In this document: positions 1 through 6,231 of the stretch, in pieces | Numbering within the stretch: the stretch's first letter is position 1 | Layout: every line of letters begins with the position of its first letter | From: Geosiphon pyriformis uo1 | Lineage: Eukaryota; Fungi; Glomeromycota | Assembly (NCBI GenBank): GCA_016748015.1 | Contig: JAAOMT010000704.1 | Coordinates: 1-6,231 of the forward strand | Reading direction: 5' to 3' | DNA: 6,231 nt | The notes under the pieces: generated by a model | What the model saw: the letters and a program-made list of their open reading frames with translations, nothing else | What the model was told of the DNA's origin: nothing | The model's database searches: none | Translations under genes and position numbers: made by a program

Positions 1-702
1 AGAAGAAAATTTGGGGTAAAACCAATCTTAAGTTAAATCAATAGTATAATAACGATATTATTTACTATTAACAAGATTAAAGAAATTAATAAACACGCTT
101 ATTTTATCATTGATATTGCATTTAATACTATTGATAAACAAGAGGATTAAAGTTTCGTATTGTTCTTAAAATCCGATTTGCCAATCTAGAAAAATACACT
201 TTTGTTCATGATCTTGAAGATGTAAATTGAATGTTTGCTATGGATGCTTGAATTAATGTTTTTCATTTGGATGTTGATAAATGAAAATTTATTGTTCAGC
301 TATAAAGAGAATCATAGTGTTTGCACCTGAGTTATTATGTCTAAAATTGTTTCATATTATTGTTCTAATACTCTTTCAAGTGACCTTTGTTAGAAATATA
401 CATGATAAGAATGAAATGCATAAATGCCAAAGCAATATATTGAAATGTTTCTAAGAAACCATCATGTTCAGTTCAGTAGATTTACTAATTGTGTAGCCTC
501 AGTTTTGCAGACTTCACTGTAATAATTAATATAATCTGCCCTACAAACTCTCTCTTAAGACTTAGATCCAAAAAAATATTTTCATTAAAAATGCGAAGAA
601 CACTTATTAATGGTTAGACTTAACAATGCTGCTTCTACTAAAGAGGTATCGAATTAAGAATTGTTTTTTGATGTTAGAATGCATGTTGCCATGTGCCACC
701 TT
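1..702. pseudogene. Degenerate coding-like sequence (probable TE or gene relic), product and strand unresolved
   Basis: Higher GC than 703-4400. Plus-strand pieces read protein-like with stops, e.g. from 141 RGLKFRIVLKIRFANLEKYTFVHDLEDVN*MFAMDA*INVFHLDVDK*KF and from 424 MPKQYIEMFLRNHHVQFSRFTNCVASVLQTSL**LI*SALQTLS*DLDPKKYFH*KCEEHLLMVRL. Needs frameshifts; no motif recognised. Confidence 0.25.
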
Positions 703-1251
703 ATAAAGTCAAAAAATATCTAAACAAATGAGTAATAATAAAAAGCAAACTGAAAAGTTCTATATTACTTTGATTAAATCTCAAATTAATCAAATATGTT
801 ATATTGCTTGAATTTATATCTTTATTGTTTAAAACTTATATTTATTTTACCAAATTTTATTTATCAAAAATCTGTTATTTTTCAATTGTTTCCCTAAATA
901 TCAAATGAAATTATCAAAAATTTAGTAAATATAATTGAAAAGTATATGGGAATTAATTGGTTTGGCTTGTTAATTTCGAAAAATTATCTTTAAATTTCTT
1001 TAGTGAGTTTTTATTAATTAAAAATAGAAATTAATGATTGAGTTTCTTAAATTATTTCGAAAAAAAGTAATTCCCAAAACAATTGTAAAATAATATCGGA
1101 AATCAGCTTTGTTGCTTTTTATTGTTTTTTGAATATTCAGTTTATTCAATAAATGCTTGATCAAGCTACTTTTTTTAAAAAAACAACATAAATGCAATCT
1201 CTGCTTTTAAAACCATTTAATTAAATATCTTAAAAAAAAATTGAATTTTAA
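703..1251 (+). pseudogene. Relic ORF A, hypothetical Q/N/I-rich protein; both ends uncertain
   Basis: Frame +1 reads IKSKNI*TNE***KAN*KVLYYFD*ISN*SNMLYCLNLYLYCLKLIFILPNFIYQKSVIFQLFP*ISNEIIKNLVNIIEKYMGINWFGLLISKNYL*ISLVSFY*LKIEIND*VS*IISKKSNSQNNCKIISEISFVAFYCFLNIQFIQ*MLDQATFFKKTT*MQSLLLKPFN*IS*KKIEF*. It is protein-like if TAA derives from CAA. A minus frame from ATG 1216 is also semi-plausible, so confidence is low. Confidence 0.4.
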
Positions 1252-1261
1252 AAGTGCTTTT

Positions 1262-1618
1262 TTACAAATTTTATGTTGTTCATACAATTTGGTTTATTTT
1301 CTGTGTATAAGTTTTTATTAATAGTATAAAACTTTCAATTGTTTTTAAAAAGACAAAAATTTGTCTGTTGTGTATTTGTAAATATATATTTGTTTTTATT
1401 TTTTATTTATTATTATTTTGTAGTGTTATTCTTAGATTAACAATATTATATGTTTTAATTGTGTCAGTAATTGTTGTTTTTTGCCCAATAATAAACAAAA
1501 TATTGAAGCACATTATTACCATTTGAAATTTAAACCAAAAATTTACATAAAATTATTATTATTTATTATATTGTTTTATATTTTTCATTAATTATCTCAT
1601 TATTTTTTGGTTAAACAT
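1262..1618 (-). pseudogene. Relic ORF B, hypothetical protein (start ATG 1618 or mutated ATA 1636; end between 1217 and 1273)
   Basis: MFNQKIMR*LMKNIKQYNK***FYVNFWFKFQMVIMCFNILFIIGQKTTITDTIKTYNIVNLRITLQNNNK*KIKTNIYLQIHNRQIFVFLKTIESFILLIKTYTQKINQIV*TT*NL*; no frameshift; A-rich on the minus strand. Confidence 0.55.
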
Positions 1619-1642
1619 TTTCAATTCTTTATTTATTCAAAA

Positions 1643-1661
1643 TTTAATTTATAAAAGTTTA
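1643..1661 (-). promoter_or_regulatory. Candidate bidirectional promoter motif in the B/C divergent spacer
   Basis: TAAACTTTTATAAATTAAA on the minus strand, 17/19 identical to 2565-2583 on the plus strand; both lie in the only two head-to-head spacers. Confidence 0.3.
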
Positions 1662-1664
1662 TAA

Positions 1665-2054
1665 ATATAACTAAATATTATAAAAAAAAATCGACAAACT
1701 ATAATTACAAAAGAATTATTTTATTATGTTATAAATAAATAATTTCAAAGTTGACTAATTAGTAATTTGGTTAAAATTTGTTTTTTCAAGCCTAAAACAG
1801 AATCTTTTATTTTTTGAAAAATTAAACATAATATTATTGTAATAAACTTTGAAAACTTTGAAATTAATTGACTTAGAAATAACTTAACATTGAATTTTTA
1901 ACAAATTATGATTACAAAATGAGATATTTTAAACTATTTGCAAATTTTTTATAGTTAAATACTGTTTAAAAAAGACTTTTCAATGTTAAAAACACAGTTG
2001 ATAATAGTGTTTAATCAAAAAAATAATTGCTTATATAAAAATATTACTATTTAA
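1665..2054 (+). pseudogene. Relic ORF C, hypothetical protein, 130 codons (start ATA, inferred from ATG)
   Basis: I*LNIIKKNRQTIITKELFYYVINK*FQS*LISNLVKICFFKPKTESFIF*KIKHNIIVINFENFEIN*LRNNLTLNF*QIMITK*DILNYLQIFYS*ILFKKDFSMLKTQLIIVFNQKNNCLYKNITI*; 4 internal TAA and 4 TGA; stop 2052-2054 overlaps the ORF D stop. Confidence 0.55.
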
Positions 2055-2563
2055 ATTTTAGGTTTTATATATGTTTTTTTAATAAACCATTGGTTAATAT
2101 TATTGGTATTATTTTAATTAGTAATCAATCAAGTTGTTGGTAATATTTTTTGATTTGTGTTTTGTTTTTAGTTTATTATTTCATATTATTTATTGGTTTT
2201 TTCTGTTATTTTTTAGTTTTTTGTTGTCATTGTAATAATATATATGAATTCAATAAAAATATATAAAAAATAATCTATAAATAAATTTAATAAAATATTA
2301 TCATGAAACTTTTAATATTTTTGGTTTATTTCCTAAAATATTATTCTTAGAAATTTTATATTTGTGAAATAAGATATTAAAAAATACAATTTTATAGTAA
2401 TTAAAGAAATTGGTTGTTAATTTTTTAAATTTTCCTTTAAAATGATTTTCAATTAAAATAACACAATAAAACTTGATTGGATACAAAGATTGGTTTCTTA
2501 GTAATTTATTAAAATTCGTTTGAAAAAATGAATTTTATCTTTGATTCCTATATTAATTTTCAT
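2051..2563 (-). pseudogene. Relic ORF D, hypothetical protein, 171 codons
   Basis: Intact ATG in TAAATG context at 2563: MKINIGIKDKIHFFKRILINY*ETNLCIQSSFIVLF*LKIILKENLKN*QPISLITIKLYFLISYFTNIKFLRIIF*EINQKY*KFHDNILLNLFIDYFLYIFIEFIYIITMTTKN*KITEKTNK*YEIIN*KQNTNQKILPTT*LITN*NNTNNINQWFIKKTYIKPKI*. One frame throughout; stop 2053-2051. Confidence 0.6.
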
Positions 2564-2564
2564 T

Positions 2565-2583
2565 TAAACTTTTAACAATTAAA
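2565..2583 (+). promoter_or_regulatory. Candidate bidirectional promoter motif in the D/E divergent spacer
   Basis: TAAACTTTTAACAATTAAA within the 39-bp spacer between ATG 2563 (minus) and ATG 2603 (plus). Confidence 0.3.
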
Positions 2584-2602
2584 ATCGATAGGTTATTTAT
2601 AA

Positions 2603-3512
2603 ATGGTAAATTCACAATGTTGTTTCAGTTCTATGTTTTTGAATTAGCTTAACGTATTTAAGAAGTGATTATGCTCTTATTCACAGATCACAGAATACTC
2701 GTTTAGGCAAAATGACAATGGGAAACTCGTTTGAAGTCTTGGCGTACTAAAGCTACTTAAATTATTGATAGGTAAACCTGTTTAACCGATAAGGGTTCAA
2801 GGGAGAGGGAATATGAAAGAAAAAAACTGAACATTGTGACCTACACTCGGAGATTAGGTAATTTACAACATTGGATTAACTCAACGAGCGACAACTTGAA
2901 GAATTTCACATATAATATTAATCTTATGTTAGAGTTTAAAAATTATTACAATTAGATCTATTAAGAGTTTTCTATAATAGATAATAAAATAAATAAGAGT
3001 ATATAATAATATTCTAACTTTTTTAACTCTTACCTTCAGGCATATTGACAAATTTCTTTTATAAATTTTAAAGTTAAATTTACATTGTTAAAATTTTAAA
3101 TCAAAAAATATTTAAAATAATTATTTATTTGTTTTAGAACTTTGGTCAATTCAAAAACAGAAAAAACTTATTTTTTTAATATATATAACTTCAAAAATCT
3201 GTTGACAATTGCAATAAGTTTTAATAAACTTTGTAATATAAAGTATGTATTTAATAAAAAGATAATATTTTATAAAAAACAAACTAAAAAAAATATAAAA
3301 ACACATTTAAATAAATAATTGTTTTTAAATTACTTTGATAAAATAAAAACATTAAATATATTTAATTTGAAAAATTAGTTAGTGATATAAAAAAAACATG
3401 AAAAAATTTTTTATTTAACTTTTAAATATAAAAACAATATAAAAATTAAAAGACTAAAACAAATAAAAATTAAAACCTAAAATTAACATAATTTTAAATA
3501 TAAATTTGTTAA
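2603..3512 (+). pseudogene. Relic ORF E, hypothetical protein, 204 codons, interrupted after codon 5 by the 2618-2910 insertion
   Basis: ATG 2603 (TAAATG) MVNSQ joins in frame to 2916 after removing the insert plus one 5-bp TSD: Y*SYVRV*KLLQLDLLRVFYNR**NK*EYIIIF*LF*LLPSGILTNFFYKF*S*IYIVKILNQKIFKIIIYLF*NFGQFKNRKNLFF*YI*LQKSVDNCNKF**TL*YKVCI**KDNIL*KTN*KKYKNTFK*IIVFKLL**NKNIKYI*FEKLVSDIKKT*KNFLFNF*...IC*. Many surviving G's fall at codon position 1 in this frame (GTT, GAT, GGC, GGT, GAC, GAA). Stop 3510-3512 overlaps the ORF F stop. Confidence 0.55.
2618..2910. mobile_element. Probable solo LTR (293 bp)
   Basis: Sharply higher-GC island with 8 CpG; begins TGTTG and ends TCACA (TGT...ACA). Flanked by CACAA (2613-2617) and TATAA (2911-2915), a 5-bp TSD differing only by two C>T. 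Excision restores the ORF E frame. No internal retroelement coding sequence, PBS or PPT seen. Confidence 0.55.
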
Positions 3513-4429
3513 AATTTATTAAATAAATAATTTATAAATTTTTTGTTTTTTGTTTTTGGGTAATTTTAAGATTATAATTTTTGTTTTTGACTTTGTTTTA
3601 CTATTATAACTTTTTGTAATATTTTTTAATTATTTTTATTAATAACATAAAAAATGCTTTTAGTGTTTTTAAAGTTTTTAATATTAAATTAAAATCTGTT
3701 AGTTTATAACAATATGGTTTTATTTATTTACATTTTTTAGTTTTAATTATTGCCAAAAATTTGTTATTGTTATCTTTAAATTTAAGATTTTCTTTAATGA
3801 TACAATTATTAAGCTAATATTTTATAGAAATAAAATATATTTAATAAAAAACTTCTCAATATTATTATTGTTATAAATTTAAATTTTAAAATATTTAGTT
3901 TTTAATTATAAAATTATTATTTTTGATTGAAAAAACTTTTTGTTAAGCTTTTTACTATATTTAAAATTATATTAATTTGGTATATTGGCTTAATATCTTA
4001 ATTAAAGCCATTATTTTTTTATTGTTGAATGATTTTATTTTTTTTAATATTAACAAGATATTAAAATTTAAATTGGATTTTTTAGTTAAATTTACAAATT
4101 TAATCTTATTTAATTAATTAATCTAAAATTTTATGTTTATTAAAAAGCTGCTTTTTTACAAAGCTGTATTTTAAGTTTATATTTTATTTATTTTATATAA
4201 TAATTTATTTATTATTTAATAATTAAGAAAAATTACTATTTATTAATTAGCTATATAATATAATATATTAGTATTAAAATGTTTTATGTTATGTGATTTT
4301 GCATAATAAGCATTATATTAATAAATAAAGTTTTGTAATAATATGATATTTTAATTTAAAGTCATAATAGCATTCAAAGCTATTTTTAATTCTTGTGAAT
4401 CATGTGATTTATATCGAGCCGATGATCAT
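3509..4429 (-). pseudogene. Relic ORF F, hypothetical Q/N/I-rich protein, ~300 codons; 5' end uncertain (ATG 4429, ATA 4414, or truncated)
   Basis: Single frame: I*IT*FTRIKNSFECYYDFKLKYHIITKLYLLI*CLLCKIT*HKTF*Y*YIILYS*LINSNFS*LLNNK*III*NK*NINLKYSFVKKQLFNKHKILD*LIK*D*ICKFN*KIQFKF*YLVNIKKNKIIQQ*KNNGFN*DIKPIYQINIILNIVKSLTKSFFNQK**FYN*KLNILKFKFITIIILRSFLLNIFYFYKILA**LYH*RKS*I*R*Q*QIFGNN*N*KM*INKTILL*TNRF*FNIKNFKNTKSIFYVINKNN*KILQKVIIVKQSQKQKL*S*NYPKTKNKKFINYLFNKF*; stop 3511-3509. Confidence 0.5.
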
Positions 4430-4556
4430 TATCACATTTTAATAATAAAAGAAAAATATTAAAGCAATGTCAAAACTCCTTAACATTTTAGATTTTTTCA
4501 AAAATAATAAGTTTAGCTTATTAACTAATCTGTGTAATAACCTAGACGAATCAATA

Positions 4557-6231
4557 TTAATCTGTCCCAAACCATTTTAAGACCCAGCTACGAGCTGAGA
4601 CTAAGATTTCCTCAAGTTGAGAATTTTGGTTTTCGGAAGCATCTTTTGATATTAATATCTTTAAAGCCCTTTCCGCTTTTTCATAACATAGTTCCCATTC
4701 TTCAGTGAATTCACTCATCACAATTTGGAGATACCCCATCCAGACTGCAATATTCCACTGGGTGGATTCAAATTTCGAAAAATTTTCAGACTGGTGAAAT
4801 AGACTTGAAAATTCAGGATTATTTGTGGCTTTGAATTCAATCCTTCCATCAAAAGTTTGTAAGCCTAAAAAGGCATACAAAGTTTCAACTGATTGATTTT
4901 TAGGATTGACACCTAAACGTTGTAGATGTTATTTTGAGTACATCAATTTAACTGGCTGCCGATTTAGAATTTTCGCTTTTTCACTTTGCTTACCTAATTT
5001 TTCCGGCCGAGTTGCTTCGTTAGTGTCTTCATCAAACTCTGCTTCGGGTGTGGGTGTACTCTGAATTTTTGCAGAAGGAACCGTTCGCCGCCTTGGTCTT
5101 AACGATAAAGATGAAGGCACGGGCATATGACAAGCCATGAGCATGGGCGTACTCATAGGAAGAGATAGAGACACCGCTAGACAAACAGAGTATGCTTAAT
5201 TAGCTTAATATTTAATGAAACAATTCAACTATGTGGAAAACTTTTCGCGAAGAAACTTGCAAACGGGAAAAATGTTTTGGCTGGTTGCGAGGCTAGGTGT
5301 GCGTATTTATGAATGGAAACAAAAATTATGAATAACAAAAACTTACATTTCAATACAGCACTATGATCTGGGTGATGCATTTGGTCTTGAGGCGGGACAA
5401 TTCTTGTGAGTTTAATAGGAATAGCAGTTTTGGTTTCCTTATCGATTGCGATAAAGCTAAGGTCAATTTTTAAAAATTAGGCCATTAATCAACATTAAAA
5501 ATTTAATAATTAAATTTAGAAAACGTTACCTAGTATATCGAGTTACTAAATTAAAAGTAACACCCAAAGAAACAACCTTCTTTCTGATGTGTGATGGCGG
5601 CAAATCTTTTCCGTTAAGTTTCGAATGGTAATGTAGAAATGAGTTTCCTTCTTCAAGATCCTGAATAAGTTTTCGGGCGGCCAATGTATGGACTTTTGAG
5701 CCTTTTAAAATAACCGGATCAACAGGTACCTGAACCTGTATTGGGCCATCAAGTGATTGAGCACTTAGGGTGATAGTTTTTAAAGGTTCGACGCCTTTTT
5801 TGAGAATTGCATAAAGAACGACTCGAGCACCCGAATAAATCGGAGGAATATTAAATGGTGCTTGAGAAATGTTAAAATCAGGCAAAATCGGTTCTGATTC
5901 TAGGATTGTTTCGTTATCACTTGAATTATAGAAACTAATTATTGGTTTTTCCTCCACGTTTTTCGGGGCCCCCTCGCTATCAAACTGATTATCGAAAATC
6001 GGTGCATCAGACCATTTGATTTTGTAATCACTGATTGGGGGTTTTATTGCATTTTTCACCATAGCAATGACTTTCTTATCCGGTCGTTCTTCGTTTGTCA
6101 CAAATTGGGCGTATCCTTTACCAGCACGAGCTACAGATTCCACTAGATGATGAGAAACGCTTGACCCAATGCCCAGCGCAAACAGTCGAAGGGGATGCTC
6201 GTTTGATTCACTCGTGGCCTTATTTACCAAT
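4557..6231 (-). CDS. VWA5A: VIT/von Willebrand factor A domain-containing protein 5A-like, 5'-truncated by the window; exons <6231-5530, 5456-5347, 5176-4994, 4912-4557
   Basis: Family motifs seen: vWA C-terminal half RLFALGIGSSVSHHLVESVARAGKGYAQFV, HTLAARKLIQDLE, LGVTFNLVTRYT|SFIAID (completed only after splicing), LQTFDG, WELCYEKAERAL. All three intron phases match, giving one open frame of 1350 nt from 6230 (449 aa + TAA at 4559-4557). The 'M' at 6230 is TTG, not the true start. The symbol is a family-level assignment, not proven orthology. Confidence 0.9.
4913..4993 (-). other. Spliceosomal intron (81 nt, phase 1)
   Basis: Donor G|GTAAGC at 4993, acceptor TTTAG|GT at 4913; joins EKL-G-VNPKNQSVETLYAFLGLQTFDG in frame and removes the TAA at 4931-4929. 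Confidence 0.88.
5177..5346 (-). other. Spliceosomal intron (170 nt, phase 1; may hide a micro-exon)
   Basis: Donor T|GTAAGT at 5346, branch GCTAAT at 5204-5199, acceptor CTAG|CG at 5177; T+CG=Ser keeps the frame into VSLSLPM. Confidence 0.75.
5457..5529 (-). other. Spliceosomal intron (73 nt, phase 2)
   Basis: Donor AG|GTAACG at 5529, branch CTAAT at 5480-5476, acceptor TTAG|C at 5457; joining gives AGC (Ser) and the conserved YTSFIAID. Confidence 0.92.

Larger units (their letters stand above)
703..4429. mobile_element. Hypermutated endogenised gene-dense segment (virus/linear plasmid/endobacterium-like); boundaries approximate
   Basis: Extremely AT-rich block tiled end to end by six intron-less degenerate frames in alternating orientation. 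A-rich/T-rich strand skew visibly flips near ~1250, ~1640, ~2050 and ~3510, where the proposed genes meet. No hallmark gene or termini recognised, so origin is inferred. Confidence 0.55.

Noticed and set aside
1155-1166. Short palindromes/hairpins: GCTTGATCAAGC, also 1351-1366, 3986-4010, 4142-4156
   Set aside because: Isolated, unrelated in sequence, inside relic ORFs, and expected at this AT content.
2301-2486. 61-aa ORF from the track as a real gene
   Set aside because: TTG start and F/Y/I/N/K-dominated composition; best explained as an off-frame shadow of relic ORF D on the same strand, which has an ATG and spans 2051-2563.
2611-2910. Alternative insertion model with a 6-bp TTCACA direct repeat (2611-2616, 2905-2910) joining a long frame +1 ORF from ~2263 to ~3522
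   Set aside because: No terminal repeats or TG..CA ends result, frame +1 moves many surviving G's off codon position 1, it overlaps ORF D, and it loses both the ATG join and the TTAA stop overlap. Disfavoured, not excluded.
2710-2910. Group I intron or structured RNA (GGGAAACTC resembles a P element; 10-bp inverted repeat 2612-2621/2830-2839)
   Set aside because: No recognisable Q, R or S elements or P7 pairing, and no RNase P, tmRNA, SRP, tRNA or rRNA motif.
4398-4409. AATCATGTGATT as a decayed CACGTG E-box
   Set aside because: Imperfect, downstream of the host gene rather than in a promoter, and explained as codons of relic ORF F.
703-4429. Live genes in a code with TAA=Gln (ciliate/aphelid-like)
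   Set aside because: The neighbouring host gene has no internal TAA/TAG in 449 codons and ends in TAA; the parallel loss of Glu/Asp/Gly/Pro/Ala codons and ATG>ATA fit mutation rather than recoding.
700-4430. CRISPR array, satellite or NUMT of core mitochondrial genes
   Set aside because: No periodic repeats, and no cox/cob/nad/atp, rRNA or tRNA similarity recognised.
4557-5174. ORFs 4557-4880 and 4929-5174 as separate small genes
   Set aside because: They are exons of the VWA gene; their TTG/GTG starts and the tail KQSEK...MYSK are artefacts of ignoring introns.

Overview
AT-rich eukaryotic nuclear DNA, most likely an early-diverging fungus (Glomeromycota/Mucoromycota-type short GT-AG introns; inference). 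Right end (4557-6231, minus): 3' part of an intact spliced VIT/vWA (VWA5A-like) gene; the three longer ORF-track ORFs plus one unlisted exon join through three canonical introns into 449 aa. The very AT-rich middle (~703-4429) looks like junk, but by hand it resolves into a fossil gene-dense, intron-less cassette of six ORFs in strictly alternating orientation (+ - + - + -). It has 28-39 bp divergent spacers sharing a 19-bp motif and convergent stops overlapping in TTAA. The ORFs were destroyed by massive C>T/G>A transitions with no frameshifts needed, and one is interrupted by a probable 293-bp solo LTR. This looks like an endogenised virus-, plasmid- or endobacterium-derived segment silenced by RIP-like hypermutation. 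The relic reading frames were chosen by eye and need computational confirmation; no product could be named. 1-702 is degenerate coding-like sequence that I could not resolve.
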